Of a stretch of DNA of 64,000 bases, positions 18,857 through 27,429 are shown in pieces (positions within the stretch are counted from its first letter, which is position 1; every line of letters begins with the position of its first letter). A program made the translations under genes and the position numbers. Origin of the DNA: Candidatus Gottesmanbacteria bacterium (GTDB taxonomy: Bacteria; Patescibacteriota; Microgenomatia; UBA10105; UBA927); assembly GCA_963711735.1 (NCBI GenBank), contig CAVQFA010000005.1:71525-135524 (forward strand), written 5' to 3'. The notes under the pieces are model-generated. The model was not told where the DNA came from, did no database searches, and saw only the letters and a list, made by a program, of their open reading frames with translations.

Positions 18857-18963
18857 GGTGGGTTTGTACCTCATACACCCGGTTATTTTATATTTTTTGC
18901 CTTTTTTCCCGTTTAGAAGTATCATTGCCGGATAACGAAATCTTTGGAAATTAAGGATACAAT

Positions 18964-21201
18964 ATGAGTCCGGAGTGTAAAAAAGAGATAAAACCACGCA
19001 TTACTTCGCGGTATTTGATAGACCGGTGGAATTCTGATGAACCAATCCCCGAACATCTTTGCGATGCCGTTGATAGTTTCCGTATGCTTGAGGCATCTTT
19101 CGGAGACAGATTTTCCCAAGATGAAAGAAACGATATACGTCTTGCATATTACCTTACCCTTGAGCTTACCGGAAATCCGAATAAAATGCGGAATGACGGA
19201 CATTCTTTACCGTGGCATGCGGTGTCTGTTGCAACCAAAACATTCCGTCTGGGAGGAAATCGGGATGAGGTCATTACTGCGCTTCTCCATGATACTGCCG
19301 AAGACACGACTATCATGGAACCAAAAGACGTTATTCAGCTTATAACGGAACTGTTCAATGAAGACATATCCCGGTATGTCGATGCGCTGACCAAAGTACG
19401 ATCAAAAAAATTAGACAGAACAAATATTCTCCAAACCCACGAGAAAATTCTCAGGCTTCTTGAGATTAATCCTCGTATCGGAGCAATTAAAACCGGCGGT
19501 GACCGGATCGATTTTATGGAAACACGTGAGAGTATGACCCCTGCAGACAGATTAAAAAAAGCCTATGAAACACTGAAAGTATTAGTGCCTCTTGCGCATG
19601 GACTGGGGCTTCGGGATATTGAGTTTAGTCTTGCAAATTCTGCACTTGCAGACATCTCTGAGTTTGTCTTTGAAGGAACATTACAACCCCGTGTACCGGT
19701 TGAGGAATATGAAAAAGTGAAAAAACGGTTTGAAAAGAAGTGCAAAGGTTTACGTGAAGGGTTATATGATGAACACGCCAGTCAGATCCGTATACCGTGG
19801 CTTTGGGATGGTGTCAGATTGCAGCAATTGGATCTGGAATTGCTTCGTGAATTGCCTCATGCGTGGCTTCCTCTCTACGTTCCGTTTGTCATACCGACAG
19901 ATCCGAAAGGGGAAAATCAACAATATATATGGGCTGCAAAAGCTATGGAAATTCTCATGTATCTGGAGGATCAGAAAGTATTGAAAAATAGTGTTATCGA
20001 TCAGTTTAATGAAGAGAGAAGATCACAAAGATCAAATATCCGTATCGATATGGAGGTTGACGGCGTACCTGTGCGTCTCATATTTCTCACAGATCAGGAA
20101 CACTGCAGGTGGCAGGCTTCGGTTATGGACACGGATTCTGCGGATAGTGTCGTCCGGGAAGCAGCGCGGGAGCGTGTAGGCAATCTCATAGACACCTACA
20201 AATCCCTCACACGGCTTTCGATGGATGTGAGACAGCAGGACCTTATCAACATTCTCATGAACGGTACGAAGAGGATAATAACCACAGAAATGAGAACAAT
20301 TGTTGTTCCGGGGCAGGCAACGGCGTTTGATGTGGGATTCCTGTTATCAAACGGAGAACATGATTTTTCCGGTATAGTGCATATAGACGGAGAACGGGTG
20401 GATCCTGGTTATGTCATACCGGAGGGAAGAGTTATTGAAGTTGTATATAACGGCAGAAGTCAAAAGAATAGGCTTCAGGCTGAGTGGGTTTCTTATGCCA
20501 AAAGTCCGATGGTACGACGGGCACTTCTTGAACGGATGACAGCCAAACTGCAATATGAGTTACTCTCTAATGAACGGTATATCAACGAGACGACGCTTGC
20601 TTATGCTCTCAAAAAACGCGGGGCAAGTGTTCTTGAAAGACTGTTTACGTTACTGGCAAAAGAAGAGGGACTGCCGGTGTCCAAACTCCTTCTTCCTATA
20701 GAAATAGCCCCGATTGTTCAATCATCCGACCCGGAAGTTGAATTTCCGTTTCTGGATATTGGTTCTCCGGTTGCAGAGGATCTCAACGTAAAAGTGAGCG
20801 GAATACTTATACGTATCGGACTTGCCGCAAAGGGGTATAGAGTCGATGAAGCCAGAACCGGATTTCCATGGAGATTAGCACATGAACTCGTCGCACTTCA
20901 AAAGAAAGCACCATATGCATATATCGACATACCAAACAGAGAAGGTACAGAACACATATGTGAAAGTGTTCTTCGAAAACACGGTTTACCTCTCGCTTCG
21001 ATTCTTCTTGAAACACTCCAGCACATTACAGGGTCAGGGAGACTGCATATCACTCTCATACCGGATGAAAGAACTTTCACGAAGTTAGCAAAAATGGGAG
21101 GATGGGACGCTCTTATTAGTGAAATGCAGGGAAAAATAGATATTATGCATAAGCAAATACCGGAAAGAAACAAATCTCATGTCAATATTCAGATTCCGTA
21201 A
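18964..21201 (+). CDS. RelA/SpoT-family protein: N-terminal HD (ppGpp hydrolase-type) domain and TGS-like domain; synthetase motifs not recognised
   Basis: HSLPWHAVSVATKT...ALLHDTAEDT (Rel/SpoT HD signature); TGS-like RIITTEMRTIVVPGQATAFDVGFLLSNGEHDFSGIVHIDGERVDPGYVIPEGRVIEVVYNG; 745 aa like long RSH. Confidence 0.6.
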   Translation: MSPECKKEIKPRITSRYLIDRWNSDEPIPEHLCDAVDSFRMLEASFGDRFSQDERNDIRLAYYLTLELTGNPNKMRNDGHSLPWHAVSVATKTFRLGGNRDEVITALLHDTAEDTTIMEPKDVIQLITELFNEDISRYVDALTKVRSKKLDRTNILQTHEKILRLLEINPRIGAIKTGGDRIDFMETRESMTPADRLKKAYETLKVLVPLAHGLGLRDIEFSLANSALADISEFVFEGTLQPRVPVEEYEKVKKRFEKKCKGLREGLYDEHASQIRIPWLWDGVRLQQLDLELLRELPHAWLPLYVPFVIPTDPKGENQQYIWAAKAMEILMYLEDQKVLKNSVIDQFNEERRSQRSNIRIDMEVDGVPVRLIFLTDQEHCRWQASVMDTDSADSVVREAARERVGNLIDTYKSLTRLSMDVRQQDLINILMNGTKRIITTEMRTIVVPGQATAFDVGFLLSNGEHDFSGIVHIDGERVDPGYVIPEGRVIEVVYNGRSQKNRLQAEWVSYAKSPMVRRALLERMTAKLQYELLSNERYINETTLAYALKKRGASVLERLFTLLAKEEGLPVSKLLLPIEIAPIVQSSDPEVEFPFLDIGSPVAEDLNVKVSGILIRIGLAAKGYRVDEARTGFPWRLAHELVALQKKAPYAYIDIPNREGTEHICESVLRKHGLPLASILLETLQHITGSGRLHITLIPDERTFTKLAKMGGWDALISEMQGKIDIMHKQIPERNKSHVNIQIP

Positions 21202-21263
21202 AAGCATAAACAAGATACCCCGTCATAAGCAAACATTTGAAAAACTGTGGGTTAATAAGGAAT

Positions 21264-21923
21264 TTAGATTATCAGCTCCAGTGACCGGAAGATAGGAAGG
21301 ATGATTTCAAAAGGAAGTCCGATCACGTTTGTATAGCTTCCGTCAATTTTTGTTATCAGATCCCAAGGTGCTTCATTGAGTGAATATGCAGCCGCGGCGC
21401 GCGTGAAGTCATACCGCGTCACATACTGGTCAAGCTCGGATGCGGAGAGCTTGCCGAATGTCACTTTCGTCGACTCGGACTTTTCCCAGCGTTTTTTCAC
21501 CTGCCAACCGGCCTCCACATACGCAGCAGCAACTGCTGTTGTGAATGTATGGGTTTTTTCCATAAGCTCTTTGATCATCGCACGGGCATTTTCACGGTCC
21601 GTGGGTTTGCCGTATGTTTTTTTGCCGATAATTGCCATGGAGTCTGCGGCGATAACCAGATTGTGGATTTTTTCATCCATGAGGTATGCACGGGGTGATT
21701 TGAGGATGGCGTCAAGCTTTGCAGATGCACGTTTTTTAATCGTTGAAGTAGGATCGCTTCCCACTACCAAATCTTCATCGATGCGTGACACAACAACGCG
21801 GAACCTGATTCCGAGCTTCTCAAGGAGATGTTTTCTCCCGGATGACTGGGATGCAAGCGTGATGTGTTTGGGTATGGGGAGGGCTGCTAACTGGCTTTTG
21901 GATGAGGTGAAAGATAAGTTCAT
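21264..21923 (-). CDS. maf: Maf-family nucleoside triphosphate pyrophosphatase (septum formation protein Maf)
   Basis: HITLASQSSGRKHLLEKLGIRFRVVVSRIDE ... AADSMAIIGKKTYGKP ... GSYTNVIGLP matches Maf family pattern. Confidence 0.7.
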   Translation of the reverse strand: MNLSFTSSKSQLAALPIPKHITLASQSSGRKHLLEKLGIRFRVVVSRIDEDLVVGSDPTSTIKKRASAKLDAILKSPRAYLMDEKIHNLVIAADSMAIIGKKTYGKPTDRENARAMIKELMEKTHTFTTAVAAAYVEAGWQVKKRWEKSESTKVTFGKLSASELDQYVTRYDFTRAAAAYSLNEAPWDLITKIDGSYTNVIGLPFEIILPIFRSLELII

Positions 21924-22009
21924 AATATGTGGTATTATACCTGTTTTGTGGGTAGGATGGAAGGGAGGGAAAAGGGAGGTTTGATAAACAGTACCGATGG
22001 TCTAGTATG

Positions 22010-22082
22010 TCGGGATGGACGGATTTGAACCGTCGACCTCACGGTCCCGAACCGTGCGTTCTACCAACTGAACTACATCCCG
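22010..22082 (-). tRNA. tRNA-Pro (anticodon CGG)
   Basis: minus-strand CGGGATG TA GTTC AGTTGGT AGAAC G CACGG TTCGGGA CCGTG AGGTC GACGG TTCAAAT CCGTC CATCCCG A; all stems Watson-Crick; CCA not encoded. Confidence 0.85.
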
Positions 22083-22144
22083 AAAATATTCTAAGTTACT
22101 TAAGATACTTAAGTTTCTTAAGTGACTTATGGTATTCTGATTTT

Positions 22145-22696
22145 ATGTTGCCAAAGTACAAGTATCTTTTGACGTACCGGTATGGTGAAATTATACATGA
22201 TCTGACAGTGGAATTCTGCAGCCAGTTTCTGTCAGAACGGGAATATCAGCGTACCAGAGAGCAGATGATCCAGGCGGCACGATCAGGAAAACAGAATATC
22301 GTGGAAGGTATAGAAGATGCGAGAACTTCGAAAAAAATGGAGATTAAACTCCTCGGTGTAGCACGTGCGTCCTTAGAAGAGCTCATTATGGATTATGAAG
22401 ATTTTCTCCGTCAACGAAAGCTATCCATATGGTCTAAAGACGATATAAAAGTAGAGAAACTCCGGCATTATTGCTATAGAATAAGTGACATAAGTAACTT
22501 AAGTGACTTAGGTTGCTTAAAAGAGCAAGCAACTCTTCCACCTAAGAAGGAAGTAGCTGCAAACCTTCTCCTCACGCTCTGTCATCTCGCAAGCTTTCTT
22601 TTATCAAAACAAATAACGAAAGCAGAAACAGACTTTGTCACGAACGGTGGATATACCGAAACCTTGTTTAAAAAACGATTGAAAGCTAGAATATAG
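22145..22696 (+). CDS. four-helix-bundle protein (23S rRNA intervening-sequence protein family)
   Basis: REYQRTREQMIQAARSGKQNIVEGIEDARTSKKMEIKLLGVARASLEELIMDYEDFL matches family core; ATG at 22145 preferred over track start 22007, which overlaps the tRNA. Confidence 0.6.
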   Translation: MLPKYKYLLTYRYGEIIHDLTVEFCSQFLSEREYQRTREQMIQAARSGKQNIVEGIEDARTSKKMEIKLLGVARASLEELIMDYEDFLRQRKLSIWSKDDIKVEKLRHYCYRISDISNLSDLGCLKEQATLPPKKEVAANLLLTLCHLASFLLSKQITKAETDFVTNGGYTETLFKKRLKARI

Positions 22697-22740
22697 GAGC
22701 TCCGGCGGCGTATCGGTTTAACTTGCCGGAGACTACGCGT

Positions 22741-22814
22741 GCCGATGTAGCTCAACTGGATAGAGCAGACCCGTCCTAAGGGTAAGGTTGGGAGTCCGAC
22801 TCTCCCCATCGGTA
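22741..22814 (+). tRNA. tRNA-Arg-like (anticodon CCU) with atypical T-loop (TCCGACT) and G27.A43 mismatch
   Basis: GCCGATG TA GCTC AACTGGATA GAGC A GACCC GTCCTAA GGGTA AGGTT GGGAG TCCGACT CTCCC CATCGGT A; cloverleaf geometry complete, but U55 replaced by C and G at position 32. Confidence 0.5.
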
Positions 22815-22961
22815 CAAAGTTTTGACGGGCAGGAGGGTAAGATTAGAGGTTCAAATCCTCTCGGGGGTACTTATACAGATATATTCCTCTGATATATCTC
22901 TCATAACAAAATAAAAGACTTTCCGGTTTTGATTTTTTCCCGTTATCATGAGGATATGTTA

Positions 22962-23783
22962 CTATTTCGTTAAAACCGAGGTAAGTGAAGCTAGTATTGG
23001 TTCAATGTATGTTGGAATCCGTGCTTCCGGTGTATATGCACTGTTTGAAGAAGGAATAATCATATGCACTATCCCATTCTGAACATAAACATAATGATTT
23101 CCGGTCTTTGTTCCGTTTGGAGCTCCACGTTCATCATAGTTGGGGGTTTGAACTGTCATCTCCAGGTAGCTTGATGAATTCAGAGGTTTTTCCCTGACGC
23201 TTAATATTTTATCGGTACTTTGCTTTTCCGAAAGGCGTTTTTTATACCATTCCCTGCGTGAACCCCCGGTATAATGATTTTTTAATACACCATTGTTATC
23301 TGCGTAAACCGATGTTGAATAATCCCATACTTCCGATGTGTCTAAGTCGTTTTGGATAATTGATTCAGAACCCGTAAATCTGAAAGAAAATCCATCCGGC
23401 ATTGCCATTGTCGTCCTGATTCCGAATTCCTGATCATCTGATGTATATTTTTTCCATGTAGAAGGAACAGATATTATTTTTGGTGTTGTTAAGGGTTTTT
23501 CCGATACTAATGGTTCACCGGTTGGAGATTGTATTATTGCCGGGGATTGTGTTCCCGTTGGAGAAACCGTGTTTATATTTTCAACATTTTCTTTACTTTG
23601 TTTCTGTATTCCGAGAGAATATCCTGCTATCCCAAACAAGAGGAAACCGAGCAATATACCACTGACTGTAATCAGTTTTTTTGATAAAACATTACCTTCA
23701 GATGCGTTGGATGTAGTGTGTAAAGGTTGGTTCGCTTGAGGAATATCGGTCGAACGCAATTGTTCTTCAGTTTCCTTATCCAT
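22962..23783 (-). CDS. hypothetical membrane-anchored (signal-anchor) protein
   Basis: N-terminal TM (LITVSGILLGFLLFGIAGYSLG) then S/T/P-rich linker and ~170-aa domain. Confidence 0.5.
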   Translation of the reverse strand: MDKETEEQLRSTDIPQANQPLHTTSNASEGNVLSKKLITVSGILLGFLLFGIAGYSLGIQKQSKENVENINTVSPTGTQSPAIIQSPTGEPLVSEKPLTTPKIISVPSTWKKYTSDDQEFGIRTTMAMPDGFSFRFTGSESIIQNDLDTSEVWDYSTSVYADNNGVLKNHYTGGSRREWYKKRLSEKQSTDKILSVREKPLNSSSYLEMTVQTPNYDERGAPNGTKTGNHYVYVQNGIVHMIIPSSNSAYTPEARIPTYIEPILASLTSVLTK

Positions 23784-23851
23784 ATGAAATCATTATCACA
23801 CGAAATTTACATTGTTGCAACAATATTCTTGAATGTTTTTTACGTACGAAG

Positions 23852-24067
23852 AAAAGTTCCAATATCGTTCCAACAAGTGTACTAAAGATGCTTTCAAGGG
23901 TGTAGGGTTTTTATTTAGATCAAAAAGGAAGACCCAATTCCGTGTTTCTCATATTTCCGTCATTACATACAATCTAATGCACTCTTAAACACCTCTTATT
24001 TTAAAGGTGATTTATTAGTAATATTGATACGTTCCAGTATCGTTCCAACAGCTGTACTGACGTTTTT
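23852..24067. repeat. pair of ~36-nt imperfect direct repeats 175 bp apart in intergenic region
   Basis: aaaagttccaatatcgttccaacaagtgtactaaagatg vs gatacgttccagtatcgttccaacagctgtactgacg; second followed by 19-bp palindrome taatcagtt-a-aactgatta (24070-24090). Confidence 0.5.
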
Positions 24068-24360
24068 TATAATCAGTTAAACTGATTATTTTCTCAGAAG
24101 AAATTACAGAATATTTTTACAATAATTAGTGAATTTTATCGTCACGTTGATCTGTGTCCATATGTATGTTTATCCTTCAAAGTGATTATACTTTATGAAT
24201 ATGGGAATATGATGAATGCCTAAAGACCGACTATTATATATCAGTTTTTTGATACATCCATTCCGTCTTCCTTATTTCAGTGTGTTTGTTAATAGATAAT
24301 ATAATTCTTATTTGACATTACACAGAAAAGGAAATACCGTGTGTTTAGAAGGTAATTACT

Positions 24361-24597
24361 ATGGCTGACAATTCACGTTTTACCAAGAAAAAGACAAATG
24401 CAGTGTCACTTCCCATTATTCCGATCATACTGATGGCGATTTTGACGCTTGCAGTCATTTATATGGAGCGGAGCAACCTGACTCTTGACGGTCGTTCCTG
24501 GGCGAAGCGAAAACGGATAACACCGACACCTTTGCAGACGCCTATTCCCTCGCCGGATACCAAGTTCACGATTAATTCCAGTACTACGGACAGCTGA
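24361..24597 (+). CDS. small membrane protein, hypothetical
   Basis: 78 aa; K-rich N-terminus then TM helix (LPIIPIILMAILTLAVIYM). Confidence 0.4.
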   Translation: MADNSRFTKKKTNAVSLPIIPIILMAILTLAVIYMERSNLTLDGRSWAKRKRITPTPLQTPIPSPDTKFTINSSTTDS

Positions 24598-24677
24598 AGA
24601 CCCGCCTTATAAACGGTGACAGGGCGTATGCAGTTGCTATCCGAAGCGAAGCCAATACACCGGTACCGTCGTATAAA

Positions 24678-25253
24678 GTGACGGCAGCGCTGAGCGCTCT
24701 GGATGCGGTAAAGGCGGATAACCCCGGCATACAGACATCTATCGCATTTTCGTCTGTCGCGGATATCAGTACGTATATAGGCATAATACCAACGACTGTT
24801 GACGGCATCAGTTGGAACATGGAACGCGGGATGACACCTGATTCTGAATTAAACCCGACTGTTATTTCCCAGTCAATACAGAATCTTGTATCCATCGTAC
24901 GACCCTGGGGATTTAAAGTGTCCTGGGGACCGACATCTGCATATATAGAAGCGATGGAAACGAATAAGCGCGCGAGTATCCTTGCTCAGGTCGACGGGCT
25001 CGGTTTGCAGTTCCAGAAGCTTCTCGAGACCATGCAGGGAGATGCATTTGAATCTGCTGCAATGCAACGGATAAATACCTATAAAGCGGCAAACCCAAAT
25101 CTTGATATCATGGTCCAGTTTGTGGCCGGGAGAAACCCGACGCAGTATATAGTGGACGCATCCAACCGGCTGCAGGGGGATGTAGGCACTATTGTCCTAT
25201 TCTCCACAAATGATGCGCAGGCGATCATCGAAGTTCTCGATGCGATGCGGTGA
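24678..25253 (+). CDS. hypothetical protein (GTG start)
   Basis: 191-aa ORF; no motif. Confidence 0.45.
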   Translation: MTAALSALDAVKADNPGIQTSIAFSSVADISTYIGIIPTTVDGISWNMERGMTPDSELNPTVISQSIQNLVSIVRPWGFKVSWGPTSAYIEAMETNKRASILAQVDGLGLQFQKLLETMQGDAFESAAMQRINTYKAANPNLDIMVQFVAGRNPTQYIVDASNRLQGDVGTIVLFSTNDAQAIIEVLDAMR

Positions 25254-25568
25254 GATGTGCGTTTTCGTTCATCATTATCGAGCATGTGCGTGCGGTAAGA
25301 CATGCGGAGATATGATCAATTGCGGTACATCCGGTAGTATTGGCGCCTGAGGCGGTCCTTTTCTTTGTACCGGTGGTTCCGGTACGGGAATAAGTCTTTT
25401 CCCCTGATCAATATGATACGAAGGTATTGGTGGTGGTAAATATCGACCGAGTTGTTCCGGTGGCATAGTATTAGCATGATCATAAAATAGTCATGTACGG
25501 ACTGCAAGAGAGAATTCAAACACCGTTACTCATTGAAAAAAGAAAAAGGGATGATAAAATAGTGTTTT

Positions 25569-25913
25569 ATGTCACACGAAAAATTTCAAGCGCATCCTAT
25601 ACATCTGGCAATTAAATTCTGGGAACTGCATGCAGGGTACACCACAGACCTTACCATAGAAGAAACTGCAGAACTGTATGGTGTCGGACCTAAAACGGTT
25701 AAAGAATGGATACGGAGGCAGAGTGACCAGGTGTTTTTGGATGATAACGAATGTATCGCAGTCATTCCTGAAGCGATGCTGACATGCGGGGCAGGATCTG
25801 CGCGGGATCATGGTCTTGTTAATATGGACGGTAGTGACCCAATTGACTCAAGAAAAAGAAAACGCCGACAACTTCACCCGGAAAACCCCTACACCAAAAG
25901 AATTCAAAGATAG
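25569..25913 (+). CDS. hypothetical protein with helix-turn-helix-like segment
   Basis: TIEETAELYGVGPKTVKEWIRRQ resembles HTH; 114 aa. Confidence 0.35.
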   Translation: MSHEKFQAHPIHLAIKFWELHAGYTTDLTIEETAELYGVGPKTVKEWIRRQSDQVFLDDNECIAVIPEAMLTCGAGSARDHGLVNMDGSDPIDSRKRKRRQLHPENPYTKRIQR

Positions 25914-25918
25914 TTATC

Positions 25919-27244
25919 CTACCGCAAATTCACGGCATACAGGTTCGGAGTGTTGCCGGCTGCAGGAGTAAAGGTCGTCAGAATCAGGATTTTGGCAGCG
26001 CTTGACCACGGGATGACAAATCCGTCTTCAAACGGTCCGGAGTAAATAGTCATGCGGTTGGTTGCATCATAATCCACAGCCTCAATTTTTCCTTTTGTTA
26101 CAATGATCAGATGGCGGGAAGTCGGTAGCCAGAATACAGGAAGAATATTTTGTGACTGAAGGGAAAAGATATCGTTTGCGGACTGCGTCTGAACCGATTG
26201 AGCCTGTTTGTTTTTGACAGGTGCCGGTTTAGGAAAACCAAGCTCATATTTATTTCCTATCGGATAGTTTCTGTCCTCTTTGATATCATACACATAGAGC
26301 GTTTCCGGTACGAGAGTGCGATTCTCTTCTGTAGGGTTTGTACCAATAAGAGGTGGTTTGATAATTTGTGGGATGGTTGCTGATGCTGTTGCCTCATACA
26401 GTATTTTAGTTTCATCCGGTGAAAATGAAAGAATACGCATTACAGGAGTGAGAGCCTGTATTGCAATAGGCTTGAGAATGGTCAGTTTTTCCTTTTCTTT
26501 TACCTGTTTGAGCTCTTCCCAGGAAACGCTCAGAGGTGCAAGGTCATACACCGGGACAGGAGAGTCATTCAACTTGTCTGCATCAAGGAGGTAGTTAGAC
26601 TGGCTAAGCGTGATGGGATGGATAACGGTAGCCAGAATATTTTTCCCGTCAGGCGACCAGATGAGCCGGGATTCGGAAAAGTCGATATAGCTGGTTTTTG
26701 CAATCTGCCGTGCATCACGGTTGATGCCCAGCGGTTTATCAACAAGATCCAAAACCCACACACCGGCCCGGCTGACAAGCGCTCCGTCTGCAGTTGCCGT
26801 TTTACCCTCAGGTATGACAAACGCGAGCCTCCCGCCGTCAGGTGAAAGCGCAGGGGATGCAACGCCTGATGTGGAAACCGCAGAGAGGGAAGGATTGGTG
26901 GGGAACAGATATGCGTCTGCCCGCGTGACGATTTCACCCTGCACACGTAAATTTTTTTCCCATGGTTGATATCCCTCTTTGGCAATTGTCGTTTTGTACC
27001 ATCCCGGAATGACATTTATAGTATTATTTGTTGCGGTTTTCAGTTCTCCGTTTATATACACCCGTGCGCCGACCGGGTCTGATGTTGCAGCGATGAGGCC
27101 TGTGGGTTTGACGGATTTTTGGGTGATGTCCAGCCGGTATCCTTTACCGTACGCAATAACTGCCGCGGATATACTCAAAATGATAAGTACCGTAACAATA
27201 GGGATCAAAAAATCGCGGATCTTTCTCAAGCTCATGTATCCCAA
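25919..27244 (-). CDS. membrane-anchored PEGA-domain protein with TolB/beta-propeller-like C-terminal region
   Basis: N-terminal TM; PEGA-like segment GARVYINGELKTATNNTINVIPGWYKTTIAKEGYQPWEKNL; repeated SPDG/WSPDGK motifs typical of propeller blades. Confidence 0.55.
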   Translation of the reverse strand: MGYMSLRKIRDFLIPIVTVLIILSISAAVIAYGKGYRLDITQKSVKPTGLIAATSDPVGARVYINGELKTATNNTINVIPGWYKTTIAKEGYQPWEKNLRVQGEIVTRADAYLFPTNPSLSAVSTSGVASPALSPDGGRLAFVIPEGKTATADGALVSRAGVWVLDLVDKPLGINRDARQIAKTSYIDFSESRLIWSPDGKNILATVIHPITLSQSNYLLDADKLNDSPVPVYDLAPLSVSWEELKQVKEKEKLTILKPIAIQALTPVMRILSFSPDETKILYEATASATIPQIIKPPLIGTNPTEENRTLVPETLYVYDIKEDRNYPIGNKYELGFPKPAPVKNKQAQSVQTQSANDIFSLQSQNILPVFWLPTSRHLIIVTKGKIEAVDYDATNRMTIYSGPFEDGFVIPWSSAAKILILTTFTPAAGNTPNLYAVNLR

Positions 27245-27284
27245 TTATACCGAATTCTATGGTAGAATGCGAATAAGTTACTCT

Positions 27285-27341
27285 ATGTTTACCAAACGTA
27301 TCGGAATCGATTTAGGCACCGCTAACAGCGTTGTCTGGCTG
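27285..27341 (+). repeat. duplicate of the first 19 codons of mreB, 145 bp upstream of the real start (all differences synonymous)
   Basis: atgtttaccaaacgtatcggaatcgatttaggcaccgctaacagcgttgtctggctg vs real 27430.. ...ggcacagcaaactcagtcgtctggctt; both encode MFTKRIGIDLGTANSVVWL; continues as a 46-codon ORF ending 5 nt before mreB ATG. Confidence 0.8.
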
Positions 27342-27429
27342 GTCCGCCGCACCTTACTGTTCGACTCATTAGATTCGTCTCACAGAGCGGTGTATAGCGG
27401 ACTGCGCCAGATTCTGTTTATATAATTAT

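Noticed and set aside
22845-22870. Second full tRNA gene ending at the TTCAAAT T-arm
   Set aside because: No 5' acceptor strand complementary to CGGGGGT within 120 nt upstream, and no D-arm or anticodon arm can be drawn. It is kept only as an orphan fragment in a finding.
25275-25519. Small minus-strand Pro-rich ORFs (25275..25466, 25316..25519) in the intergenic region before 25569
   Set aside because: They are short, overlapping and low-complexity with no start context, so more likely non-coding promoter region.
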